A stretch of 64,000 nucleotides of DNA from a virus (Duplodnaviria; Caudoviricetes), in the IMG/VR virus record IMGVR_UViG_3300002307_000041, positions 1 through 64,000 of that record; one strand, given 5' to 3'. Positions 35,631-45,109 of this stretch are shown here, in pieces. Under the pieces are notes generated by a model. It made no database searches, was not told the DNA's origin, and was given only the letters and a program-made list of their open reading frames with translations. The position numbers and the translations under genes were made by a program. Position 1 is the stretch's first letter. Each line of letters starts with the position of its first letter.

Positions 35631-35720
35631 GACCTGCCTTGTGGGGAGATGTTGGCCCGAGTCTTCATCCAAACCATGCTACGGGAGTGATCCTATCGGG
35701 CCTCCATTTTGGAGTAAAAA

Positions 35721-35885
35721 ATGGCTAGAAGTTTCTGGGGGAAAGCAGGTAATATTAACCTGCGTGGGAAAAAGTCTTTGAGATTGCGTTGTCGCTGTTG
35801 TGTCTGTCAAGACCTAAGAGGACGCATTGAAAAGATGCGTATACAGCGTGAAATTAAGGAAATGATAGAAGCTATTGGGGAATAG
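35721..35885 (+). CDS. 54-aa basic Cys-rich protein (not in ORF track)
   Basis: GGAG SD; CRCCVC motif. Confidence 0.5.
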   Translation: MARSFWGKAGNINLRGKKSLRLRCRCCVCQDLRGRIEKMRIQREIKEMIEAIGE

Positions 35886-35951
35886 TTCAGTTGGTAGAAC
35901 GCCAGATTCTGATTCTGGATGTCCGTGGTTCGAATCCATGTTCCCCAGCCA
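35876..35951 (+). tRNA. tRNA-Gln(CTG)
   Basis: Loop TTCTGAT, GCCA. Confidence 0.93.
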
Positions 35952-35960
35952 ATATTGTAT

Positions 35961-36034
35961 TGGGGTGTCGTCTAATGGTAGGACGCAGGATTTTGATTCC
36001 TGCTATCGTGGTTCGAGTCCATGCACCCCAGCCA
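35961..36034 (+). tRNA. tRNA-Gln(TTG)
   Basis: Loop TTTTGAT, GCCA. Confidence 0.93.
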
Positions 36035-36048
36035 ATACTAAATATACG

Positions 36049-36594
36049 ATGAGACAATTTATAGATATATTTGAAACTAAAAGAGAAGATATAACGCTAG
36101 AGAAACTACCTTACAAAGTAGACGACCTGGCTCCTATTCTCAGCGGCGATAATGTAGACTATCACTATCACGTATTAAGCAAAGGATATGTGGACCGCTA
36201 CAATAACGGCGAAGGCGATCCTGCATTTAACCTCGGAGGGGCTAAACTACATAATATGTGGTGGGCGCAACTGCACCCTAGAGAAGGATTAAACAATCCG
36301 TCGGGTGCCATAAAAGATTTCATAGAGAAGAACTACGCTAGTATGGGCGGCTTCATAGAAGCTATGACTGAGACTGCTAAAAGCATACAGGGCAGTGGAT
36401 GGGTGTACCTAGCAAAAAGCGGCGACATAAAAACAACACCAAATCAAAGTTTTAAAACAGATATCATATTACCTATAGATATGTGGGAGCATAGTTGGGC
36501 AGACTATACTCCGTCTAAGAACGCCAAAAAAGACTATATTAGATCGATAATGAAGATAATTAATTATGATATCATCAACGAGAGGTTGAGATAA
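36049..36594 (+). CDS. Fe/Mn superoxide dismutase
   Basis: LEKLPY, YHYH, LHNMWW, QGSGW, DMWEH: all four metal ligands present; true start at MRQF. Confidence 0.9.
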   Translation: MRQFIDIFETKREDITLEKLPYKVDDLAPILSGDNVDYHYHVLSKGYVDRYNNGEGDPAFNLGGAKLHNMWWAQLHPREGLNNPSGAIKDFIEKNYASMGGFIEAMTETAKSIQGSGWVYLAKSGDIKTTPNQSFKTDIILPIDMWEHSWADYTPSKNAKKDYIRSIMKIINYDIINERLR

Positions 36595-36669
36595 GCGGAT
36601 GTAGCTCAGTGGTAGAGCTTCTGCTTGCCAAGCAGAAGGTCGTGGGTTCGACCCCCATCGTCCGCTCCA
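36595..36669 (+). tRNA. tRNA-Gly(GCC)
   Basis: Loop TTGCCAA, TCCA. Confidence 0.95.
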
Positions 36670-36747
36670 TTTTTTTAAATATAACTTGACAGAAAGCTAT
36701 AAGATATTATACTAGTACTTGTAATAACAAACAAAGGAGAGATTGTT

Positions 36748-37926
36748 ATGTTAAGTCTTCAAGTACAAGCACCTAGCTGTTATGCTGATATCGTCAATAG
36801 GCAATTCGATAAGTCTGAAAGTCAGTATATCGACCTACAGGCCAGACTAAATTCTGCTTTGCAGGAACCTTGGAAGAAAACTATCCTAAAAAATTCTATA
36901 AAGAATTTTAGGAATAACAATCCCCATATCAAAAAGTGGAACGATATCACTCTCTGTAAAACACTTACTACTACACTTTCAAAAATTGATATTGATATTA
37001 CCCTACAGAGACTTTTAGATCTAGGACACGCTTGTAATATTTTGTCTAGCTTTAAACAAATCGTAGTTATGCCAATCTGTGTATATGAAGATCCTGCTAA
37101 TCCAGGAAAATATATCTGTTGGGATGGTCAACATACAGCTATTGTTTTGACTATTATAGCTTCTATGATTTTGGCTGAAGATTTAGATAAGTGTGAAGTT
37201 CCTATTGTAGTATATTCTAGCAACTTAAAGTCCGATATGCGTCAATGCTTTATCGAACTTAACGGCGAAGGTAAGAAGCCGCTAGATCATATCGATCAAG
37301 TACATCAAAAACTATTCGGAGTACGTACAGATGGTAGCAAAAACGCCGAATGGCAGCTTATTGATAAGAAATACCGTATGTTAGAAGATTATAAGATTTT
37401 CTTAACAAATGAGAAATTTGGAGATACCCATTCTCCTGGTGCGCAGGCTAGGTTAGATGAGTTTTTAGATAAAAGCTATCCTCCAGTTATTACTGAATAT
37501 TTTGCAAAGTATTTCTTTAATATTTGTCATAGCAGTAGACCAGTTCAACCTAAAGAAAGCTGGATGATGTATGAATTCTTTGATTGGTGTCGTGTATCTA
37601 AGATCGAAGTTACTGATGATTATATCTACGACATTGCCCAAAGTTTGAAAAAGGCTTTTAATGGTGATTTTGATTCGAGTAAACTTTACACAAAGGCAAA
37701 GTTTAGTTATCAAGAATGGTATCGGGCCAATAAACCTTATCAAGATGGCACACTTTGGGGTATACAATATCCTGAATTTAAAATTGGTCTTACATTCTTA
37801 ATGGCACAAATTGCTAAGAACTTTAAAGGACCGATGCCATCATATAAGCCATTATGGAATGTTCCCGACGAAGATCTATTTTCAAATGATTCAGATAGTA
37901 TCAGTATGAAAAAGGAATATGTTTAA
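36748..37926 (+). CDS. ParB/DGQHR-like domain protein
   Basis: ICWDGQHT and FIELN motifs; own TTGACA-N16-TATACT promoter (36686-36713). Confidence 0.55.
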   Translation: MLSLQVQAPSCYADIVNRQFDKSESQYIDLQARLNSALQEPWKKTILKNSIKNFRNNNPHIKKWNDITLCKTLTTTLSKIDIDITLQRLLDLGHACNILSSFKQIVVMPICVYEDPANPGKYICWDGQHTAIVLTIIASMILAEDLDKCEVPIVVYSSNLKSDMRQCFIELNGEGKKPLDHIDQVHQKLFGVRTDGSKNAEWQLIDKKYRMLEDYKIFLTNEKFGDTHSPGAQARLDEFLDKSYPPVITEYFAKYFFNICHSSRPVQPKESWMMYEFFDWCRVSKIEVTDDYIYDIAQSLKKAFNGDFDSSKLYTKAKFSYQEWYRANKPYQDGTLWGIQYPEFKIGLTFLMAQIAKNFKGPMPSYKPLWNVPDEDLFSNDSDSISMKKEYV

Positions 37927-38402
37927 TGTTAAATGAGGTACTTTCGAAAAATAATCTTAAACTTAAGAAATTATCTCATTTACGAAAACAAATAGAAGAA
38001 GGACATAAATGTACCTTAAAATTTTGTGACGAGGCGTTATCAGAATATGAAGGTCCTAGATCTAATTATCTCTGTATTGATCACCAATTAATGCAGAGAG
38101 AATATGGTGGATTAGCTCGTTACGATCGCCCATGGACTTTTTCTCGAGAATGGAACTGTGCTTGGTGCGGATATAATCCAAAAGAAGATCCTTGGTTTAA
38201 AAATCCACCAATTCCTTTTGATAACGAAGCACATATGATACGTGCTCAACGCGGAATGCTTGTAGGTGATCATAACAAGCATCGTAGAGTTGATGGTGGA
38301 AGTGATGGTAAAGATAATGTTCAAACTTTATGCCAAAATTGTAATTCTAAAAAAACAATTATGACACACGACTATAGAAGATCAAAAATAGAATGTGTCT
38401 AG
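37926..38402 (+). CDS. HNH-family nuclease
   Basis: CAWC...GDH...GG...NVQTLCQNCN. Confidence 0.7.
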   Translation: MLNEVLSKNNLKLKKLSHLRKQIEEGHKCTLKFCDEALSEYEGPRSNYLCIDHQLMQREYGGLARYDRPWTFSREWNCAWCGYNPKEDPWFKNPPIPFDNEAHMIRAQRGMLVGDHNKHRRVDGGSDGKDNVQTLCQNCNSKKTIMTHDYRRSKIECV

Positions 38403-38561
38403 ATATAAACTTATATTTTAATAAAAAAAATAAGAACTAAATAAAAAACTGGCCACTGTTAAGTAACAGTGGATCAGTAATTTATATTGCATAGCAAAAA
38501 AAAGCTTGACGTAGGTCATACTTTGCTGTATAAATATAAAGTAACTAAAAAGGAGAAAGTT

Positions 38562-39137
38562 ATGAAGAACATACTAGCAAATCTGTTGGCATCGGTTGCA
38601 ATGCTTGGAACCGCTGTAGCAGCAGATCTACCTAGCAAGGCCGCTCCGGCAGCTCCGGCTCCGGCAGTGTCAAATGCATTTGGTCTTGAAGGGTTTTATG
38701 TCGGTGGTAACGTAGGTGGTAATTATGCCAAGTACGATCACATCAACGTAAATTCAATGCCATATACTATTGGCGCAGTGGGCGGTTATGAATGGAATCG
38801 TTACTTCCGCACTGAAGCTACCTTTGATTATACATCGAAGAACGCACCAACTACCAAGGACACAGGCGAGACTGTTTTCGCTAATGCTGTAATGCAGTAT
38901 CCAGTTGGTTTTGGCTTTACACCATATGCACTTGCTGGCGTTGGAGAGGGATTCAACGCCTGGGGTAAGGTAAAGAGTGGCGATGCTCGTACACTATATA
39001 ATATCGGTGGAGGCGTCCGTTATTCACTTAGCAAGAACTTTGAACTAGATGGACGTTATCGTTACATCAACGCTGTTAGCGGTACTAAGTTCGAGAACAA
39101 CAGTGTTGTTACAATAGGTGCAAACTACAAGTTCTGA
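38562..39137 (+). CDS. Omp25/Omp31/RopB-type outer-membrane beta-barrel protein
   Basis: Signal peptide, ADLPSKAAP, GFYVGGNVG, YALAG, C-terminal NYKF; TTGACG-N17-TATAAA upstream. Confidence 0.88.
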   Translation: MKNILANLLASVAMLGTAVAADLPSKAAPAAPAPAVSNAFGLEGFYVGGNVGGNYAKYDHINVNSMPYTIGAVGGYEWNRYFRTEATFDYTSKNAPTTKDTGETVFANAVMQYPVGFGFTPYALAGVGEGFNAWGKVKSGDARTLYNIGGGVRYSLSKNFELDGRYRYINAVSGTKFENNSVVTIGANYKF

Positions 39138-39160
39138 TCTCAATAGGATAGAACTAACAG

Positions 39161-39190
39161 AGATAACGGGCTAGTCCCGTTATCTTTTTC
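39161..39190 (+). terminator. intrinsic terminator
   Basis: AGATAACGGG/CCCGTTATCT + T-run. Confidence 0.8.
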
Positions 39191-39325
39191 GTTGACAACA
39201 ACGAAAATACATAGTAATATATAATTACTAAAACAAGATGGGTGGCTAGCTCAAAGGTCGAGCGTTGCGACGAGAAGCCGATACTCTCAACATCCGTTAC
39301 TTTAACAAAAGAAAAGGAAAGACAC

Positions 39326-39982
39326 ATGAAGAAGATCATTATCAGCGCAGTATCATTACTAGCTCTAACCGCAGCCGCAGGTGCTACGGATTTACCTTCT
39401 AAGAAGAAGACTCCAGCTGCTCCTGCTCCAGTAGCAGCACCAGTTGCTGCTCCGGCAGAAAGCAATGACAGTTTGTCAATTAGTTATGGACAGGATTTTA
39501 GTCCAAATAGCTATAATTCAAAGACAGACGATGCTTACACTATTGCTTACACACATAAGCTAGGAGGTGGGTTTACTGTAGGTGGCGTTATGCAGCCAGT
39601 ACAGTATTCATCAGACAATACTATGAAGATGACTGGTGAAGGCCAGTTTGGTTATTCATTGCCATCAATGGCAGGTCTTACATTAGGTGGTAAGGTCGGT
39701 TTAGGTGAGAAGTTCCAGTCAAGTGGTAACTTTGGTTATTATGCGCTCTATGGCACTGCTGATTATAAGGTAGCAGATAAGCTAACTTGGAATGCTGTAC
39801 AGTATCGTTATCGTAATGCATTTGATACTGCTAATAACTTCGAAAGTCACCAGGTTGGTACTGGTGTTACATATGCTCTAACAGATACCTATGCTATCAA
39901 TGCAAAGGTTTTCCGTAACTATGATAATAACTTCAGCGCAACAGGCGACGGCGCTGCAATTGGCGTAACTGCTAAGTTCTAA
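39326..39982 (+). CDS. second outer-membrane beta-barrel protein
   Basis: Signal peptide, TDLPSKKK.PAAPAP, alternating beta strands, C-terminal TAKF. Confidence 0.8.
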   Translation: MKKIIISAVSLLALTAAAGATDLPSKKKTPAAPAPVAAPVAAPAESNDSLSISYGQDFSPNSYNSKTDDAYTIAYTHKLGGGFTVGGVMQPVQYSSDNTMKMTGEGQFGYSLPSMAGLTLGGKVGLGEKFQSSGNFGYYALYGTADYKVADKLTWNAVQYRYRNAFDTANNFESHQVGTGVTYALTDTYAINAKVFRNYDNNFSATGDGAAIGVTAKF

Positions 39983-40071
39983 TAATTTAAAAGGTGGAGA
40001 GATAATTAATTTTTTTTCCACCTTTTTCTTTGACTAATTACTAACAGTGTAGTATTATTAGTAAATAAGAG

Positions 40072-40146
40072 GGGCGGTTGGCACAGTGGTAGCGCATCTC
40101 GTTTACACCGAGAGGGTCGGGGGTTCGAAACCCTCACCGCCCACCA
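40072..40146 (+). tRNA. tRNA-Val(TAC)
   Basis: Loop TTTACAC, ACCA; TTGACT-N17-TATTAT upstream. Confidence 0.93.
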
Positions 40147-40168
40147 TATTTTTTGCAAGGGATGAAAA

Positions 40169-40402
40169 ATGAAGAAGACTATTTTACTAATGACTGCACT
40201 AGCATTTGCTACTGTTATGTCTCTATCTACAGTTACTACAGCATCTGCTGCAGAAGCTACTCGTAAAGTTTGCCATATCAAGAAGGGCAAGGAAATTTGT
40301 AAGGAACTTAAGGTACGTCCAAAAAGCGAACCTTTAAAGAAACCGGATGTCAAAAAGCCGGCGGTCAAAAAGACTGTTAAGAAGAAGAAAATTAGTAATT
40401 AA
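40169..40402 (+). CDS. small secreted Lys-rich protein
   Basis: Signal peptide ending ASA; one Cys pair. Confidence 0.65.
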   Translation: MKKTILLMTALAFATVMSLSTVTTASAAEATRKVCHIKKGKEICKELKVRPKSEPLKKPDVKKPAVKKTVKKKKISN

Positions 40403-40404
40403 CT

Positions 40405-40435
40405 AAAATGGGGGCATTTAGCCCCCATTTTTTTT
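40405..40435. terminator. bidirectional terminator between convergent genes
   Basis: AAAATGGGGGC/GCCCCCATTTT + T-run. Confidence 0.8.
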
Positions 40436-40440
40436 GACTA

Positions 40441-42189
40441 TTAAAAGTTTATTTTTAATCCAATATTTCCACCAACGCCAGTTAGATTAGAACTTTTATC
40501 TACACCTACTGATGCATTTAGAAACACATCATCAAAAATTTCTGTATTAGCAGTAGCTCTTATACTACCAACTGTTTTAAAATCTTTGCTTTGTGTAACA
40601 CGACCTTCAACACCAAAATTCTTATCAAGATCAAATCTTAATCCAGCATATGGATTAACTGATGTAGTTGATTTAGTGCTAGGAGCAGTTGATAACAAGA
40701 AGCTGCCTGTTTCAACTAAGTCGCTGACAGAACTATTAACTATAGTGGCACCAATTAGTGGTCTAATACCCCAATAAGTATCTGGAGTATAAACTGTTAA
40801 ATCACCATAGATAGTTCTTTGATTAAACTTAGCACTATTAGCCAAAGCAAATAATGGAATAACTGTAGATCCAGTATTTTGGCTATATCCAACACCTACT
40901 GCACCTTTGATCCACGCATCTATATCTCTAATAAGAGTATATGCAGTTCCATCATAGTTAGTGCTTTCAACATTGCTATAGTTTAACCCGTTGCTTTTAC
41001 TACCAGAATAATTAACCGCAACACCAAACGTGTTGTTATCAACTGTCCATTGATATCCACCAGCAATACCGCCGCTTGCCATGCTACCTATTGTTTTATA
41101 ATAGCTGGCGCTTGGACTAACCCATGCTCCGTCTTTCTTATTAACTGGATCGATAAGGAAAGGACTAAATGAGCGCAATTTAACAGCATCTTCAAATCCG
41201 GTCTTATTGAAGCTTACACTGTTAGAATTAGAACTTCCAAGTCTTTGTTGTGGATCTAATAGAGTATCGCGGTTGTACGGATTTCCGTTAGTTGTTACAC
41301 TAGTCCCGTCGCTATATTGCTGTGTGCTAGTTGGTATTACTGCAACTCTATTAGTTACAGTTCTGCGATCATAATTATTGATCGTTCTAGTAATAACGCC
41401 ATTATTACCACTATCAGTCCTAGCATCAGCTGATACTGTTGCCCAAGCGATCCAACTACCATAAATTACTGTCGGAGTACCTAATATAGTGCCGCTGGTT
41501 GGGCTACCTACAGCAGTTACAGCAGGAGCACCGGCAGCAGCACCTTGAGCAGGAGTAGCAAGTGTAGTAAATCCTACCGAGCCTGGGATTGTGCATTGAT
41601 CTGGAGCAACACTTACGTTAGCACAAGCACCACTGTATGTTCCAAGTTGTATAGAACCAGTATTGGCCACATTGTTACCGCTTACATCAAATGTGATAGT
41701 GTATGTCGTTCCGGCAGTTAGGTTAACACCTTGATAGATACCATCAAAGGATCCAACAGCACCGTCATACCAAACTCCGCCGTGAGGAGCGGCACCATTC
41801 TGCCAAGCACCGGCAGCAGCAGGATATGTTCCGTTCTGATACCATACACCCCAACTGTTTGGTGCTTGTATTTGGCTTGGACCGTTGTTAGTTGTTACAC
41901 TAAAACTTCCGCCTGTATCAAATCCACCATTAGTTAATAGGTTCGTAGATGAACCGCTAGCAGTTACTCTTACGTTATCGAAGGTCCAAAATGCCGGATC
42001 TTGTCGGAAGGCGAATCCAACAAAGTTGGCCCCAGTTGTAGTCGGTGTAAATATGTAACTAAATGTCTGCCAAGTGTTAGCTGTATTGTTTGCCAATACG
42101 CCAACTGAACCTGCAGGTAATTGTTGCCCATTTGAAAGTGGGATATTTGTAAAAAATAGAGCAAGCGCCACGGCTATGATCTTTTTCAT
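40441..42189 (-). CDS. autotransporter-like protein (carbohydrate-binding-like passenger + beta-barrel)
   Basis: Signal peptide, NLLTNGGF and DNVRV, C-terminal amphipathic strands ending KINF. Confidence 0.65.
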   Translation of the reverse strand: MKKIIAVALALFFTNIPLSNGQQLPAGSVGVLANNTANTWQTFSYIFTPTTTGANFVGFAFRQDPAFWTFDNVRVTASGSSTNLLTNGGFDTGGSFSVTTNNGPSQIQAPNSWGVWYQNGTYPAAAGAWQNGAAPHGGVWYDGAVGSFDGIYQGVNLTAGTTYTITFDVSGNNVANTGSIQLGTYSGACANVSVAPDQCTIPGSVGFTTLATPAQGAAAGAPAVTAVGSPTSGTILGTPTVIYGSWIAWATVSADARTDSGNNGVITRTINNYDRRTVTNRVAVIPTSTQQYSDGTSVTTNGNPYNRDTLLDPQQRLGSSNSNSVSFNKTGFEDAVKLRSFSPFLIDPVNKKDGAWVSPSASYYKTIGSMASGGIAGGYQWTVDNNTFGVAVNYSGSKSNGLNYSNVESTNYDGTAYTLIRDIDAWIKGAVGVGYSQNTGSTVIPLFALANSAKFNQRTIYGDLTVYTPDTYWGIRPLIGATIVNSSVSDLVETGSFLLSTAPSTKSTTSVNPYAGLRFDLDKNFGVEGRVTQSKDFKTVGSIRATANTEIFDDVFLNASVGVDKSSNLTGVGGNIGLKINF

Positions 42190-42309
42190 TGTATGGTCTC
42201 CTTTATGTACCATTATTATTTAGGCGAAGCTACCTAATGGAAAAACACCAATATAAAAACTTGACATTTGTAAAAACTGCTATATACTGATCATATAGCA
42301 AAGGAGCAA

Positions 42310-43560
42310 GTGATGGCTAAGGCAGCAACCAAAAAGAAAGATACCGGTAAGATCAATCTAACACCGAGAGTTAAAAAGGCCACTCGAACACGCTCACCAC
42401 TGTTCCTCGATGAGAAGTATACCGGAACTGAACCAACTTGGGAAGGTTGGGAAAAGTGGAGCACTGAGAAATACTGGAAGGAAAAACATCGAGGCCTTTA
42501 CTATTACAATTATTTTAACACTTATAAGGATCTAGCTCCTAATTTGTATAAGTGGATGGCAGTAGTAGGTTACACCAAAGAAGATATCCGTTGCATTAAA
42601 GAAATTCCAGATAGTCATATGACCATTACTGCTGCTGCATTGGCAACGATGTTCTTGAGAGGTATGCCTGAGAACCGAGAAGATATGGAACACCAAGACT
42701 CAGGAAAATGGATACGCAACGAGCTTGCTGGACATATTATTAAAGGACAAAAGTTAGTAGATCAAAAAACAGCAACCGAAAAAGGATCTGTTAACATCCA
42801 TCAACCCAGCATCCAAGAGCGCATCCGAGAAGCTACATATACCCATTTGGAAGCTATTGAAGATTGGTTAGAAGGATTCATTAAGGATCCCGCTAGTTTT
42901 GATCCAAAGGGGTTTAATGTGCTTAACCACTTTAAAAGCCAAGAAGTCAACCAAGCACACGCACGTTTAATCCGCGAGCAATACGCCTACAACAAGCAAG
43001 ACTACGACGAGCTACTAAGCAGCACTAAAGACAAGACAGACGCTTACACGCAGCTTGTAGACGGTTATAGCTGCTATACAAAAGCACAGCTGAAGAATAT
43101 GCAAGCAGCACTAACAGAAATCATCGCAGCTTGTGATATGATCCTCCAAAAAGCTAAAGTTAGCCGCAAGGTCCGGGCAAAGAAGGCGCCCAGCAAGGAG
43201 AAATTGGTTGCTAAATTGAAGTTTAAGGAAAGCGACGATCGCTACAAATTGGTTAGTATCAAACCAGAAGAGGCACTACAATCTATGGAACTTTGGGTGT
43301 TCAATACCAAGACCCGAAAGTTAGGAGTGTATGTGGCTAGTGATACTGCTGCATTGAGCATCAAGGGCACAACTATTATCAATTACAATGAAAACAAAAG
43401 TGTTGCTAGGACTGTACGCAAACCTGAGGAATTCTTCCGTGATGTGAAGAGTTTGCCAAAGACCAAGATGCGTAAACTCTACGAAAGTATTAATGGCGTA
43501 GAAGTTAAAATGAATGGAAGGATCAACGCGGATATAGTGCTGTTGAAAACCTTTAGTTAA
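42310..43560 (+). CDS. hypothetical protein
   Basis: 416-aa ORF; TTGACA promoter at 42261, AAGGAG SD, GTG start. Confidence 0.75.
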   Translation: MMAKAATKKKDTGKINLTPRVKKATRTRSPLFLDEKYTGTEPTWEGWEKWSTEKYWKEKHRGLYYYNYFNTYKDLAPNLYKWMAVVGYTKEDIRCIKEIPDSHMTITAAALATMFLRGMPENREDMEHQDSGKWIRNELAGHIIKGQKLVDQKTATEKGSVNIHQPSIQERIREATYTHLEAIEDWLEGFIKDPASFDPKGFNVLNHFKSQEVNQAHARLIREQYAYNKQDYDELLSSTKDKTDAYTQLVDGYSCYTKAQLKNMQAALTEIIAACDMILQKAKVSRKVRAKKAPSKEKLVAKLKFKESDDRYKLVSIKPEEALQSMELWVFNTKTRKLGVYVASDTAALSIKGTTIINYNENKSVARTVRKPEEFFRDVKSLPKTKMRKLYESINGVEVKMNGRINADIVLLKTFS

Positions 43561-43610
43561 AGTTGTTCTGGAATCCGAATAAATAAGTTATAACAAAAAG
43601 GAATGTCAAA

Positions 43611-44807
43611 ATGGCATCAGGGTTCCAGAACAACCAAACCAATTCCCTTTTATATAAGGATAATCCGAATAGGTTTCTTTCTGTAGTAGATTTTGATCTA
43701 CTAGCAGGACATAGCTACCAAATCGATGGCATAGATGTGCTTTCGTCTACAGAGTTAGGTGGCTCGATTACAACTTCAAAGCTTACCAAGGTAGGTGTAT
43801 TAAAGGGCCTGCAGGTAAGCGGTAATCTAAATGTAGCCGATCATATCTTTTATAATGACTCAACTGAACGTATGGGCATTGGAACAGATGCACCAAATGC
43901 AGCACTTAGCGTGGCCGAGAATGGTGTAGAAATAGTAATTGGAAGTTTGAAAGACGGTGTTGGTCATATAGGAACACATACTAGCAATGATCTAGCTATT
44001 ATTACAGATAATGTTGTACGCATGACAGTGTCTAGGACTGGCAAGATCGTCATAGGACACCCAGTAGCACAGAATGCAGATGTAGAAATACAGGGTAGAT
44101 TATTTGTAAGACAGCTAGTTGTTGATCAAACTGATAGTAGCAATAGTCCACTTGAGTTTAAGGCACCAGAAGGCGGCAGCAATTATGGTAAGGGCATACT
44201 TTTTACCGGAAATAATACCGCTGCAAAACAATTCATACTATCGGCAAATCCAGATAGTTTCTTTAGTACTGAACACATAAACCTAGATAATACTAAAAGC
44301 TATCTAATAGCTGGTTTTCCTGTACTATCTGTAAACAGCTTAGGGGGTAGTGTCACCCAGAGTAATCTTACACGTTTAGGAAAATTAGAAAATCTAAATG
44401 TAGGCGGTCCAAGCAGCTTTGAAAGCGATATTACTATTAGTGATTCTGTAGTAATAAATGCTAATGATTTAGCTATAGGTAATAGTTTACAAAATATTAA
44501 CATTGGAACTTCATCTGTATCCTTTGGTACAAAAGATGCACCAACTACACAAATAATTGTTAATGGAACATTTGGGATAGGTGTACAAACAGTTAGCAAA
44601 GATGTAAATTTTGAAACTAGTGGTAATATAAGATTTGGCGATAGGTTATTTGCCGTAGGTGCTACACACCCTGCTGCAGGAGCATATAAAAAAGGTGATA
44701 TAGTTTGGAATTCAAATCCAGTAGAAACAGGGTATGTTGGTTGGGTTTGTATAACTGATGGTACACCCGGTATATGGAGAGGGTTTGGTCAGATTGGAAT
44801 CAGCTGA
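43611..44807 (+). CDS. putative tail fibre/structural protein
   Basis: Internal repeat VLS..ELGGS.T.S.LT..G.L..L.V; C-terminal KGDIVWNSNP...GWVC...GTPG.W. Confidence 0.6.
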   Translation: MASGFQNNQTNSLLYKDNPNRFLSVVDFDLLAGHSYQIDGIDVLSSTELGGSITTSKLTKVGVLKGLQVSGNLNVADHIFYNDSTERMGIGTDAPNAALSVAENGVEIVIGSLKDGVGHIGTHTSNDLAIITDNVVRMTVSRTGKIVIGHPVAQNADVEIQGRLFVRQLVVDQTDSSNSPLEFKAPEGGSNYGKGILFTGNNTAAKQFILSANPDSFFSTEHINLDNTKSYLIAGFPVLSVNSLGGSVTQSNLTRLGKLENLNVGGPSSFESDITISDSVVINANDLAIGNSLQNINIGTSSVSFGTKDAPTTQIIVNGTFGIGVQTVSKDVNFETSGNIRFGDRLFAVGATHPAAGAYKKGDIVWNSNPVETGYVGWVCITDGTPGIWRGFGQIGIS

Positions 44808-44812
44808 CCAAT

Positions 44813-45109
44813 ATGGATCCAAAGTTTATTCTTTATCAAGCCATCCTATGGGATAAATTCGCAAAACTAAGTCCGATAATCATAACTGTTATCGCAAGCA
44901 TACTCTACTGTTTTGGGTTCCGTGATTGGAATTTAGTATTAGACACTATGTTAATACTCGGAGCAATATTTACTATATGTTGGTGGTTTTGGGTGATATG
45001 GACGATAATGATAATCGCACATATACTAGATAAATCTAAAACTAATCTTGTTGATATCATACGTGACATACAGGGAGTCAAGGGAGATATACAAGATCTT
45101 AAAAATTGA
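44813..45109 (+). CDS. small membrane protein
   Basis: Two hydrophobic segments + coiled tail. Confidence 0.6.
   Translation: MDPKFILYQAILWDKFAKLSPIIITVIASILYCFGFRDWNLVLDTMLILGAIFTICWWFWVIWTIMIIAHILDKSKTNLVDIIRDIQGVKGDIQDLKN

Noticed and set aside
28784-35677. Minus-strand ORFs across the tRNA array (28784, 29288, 29373, 29662, 32265, 32739, 33844, 34727, 35495)
   Set aside because: Mostly antisense to tRNAs or structured RNAs, with no recognisable motifs or SD; treated as shadows.
35875-36048. 58-aa N-terminal extension of SOD given by the ORF track
   Set aside because: This stretch is two tRNA-Gln genes; the SOD-like sequence starts at ATG 36049.
28838-40146. Stop-codon reassignment or suppressor tRNAs
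   Set aside because: No CTA, TTA or TCA anticodon among the 24 tRNAs, and conserved genes are intact in the standard code.
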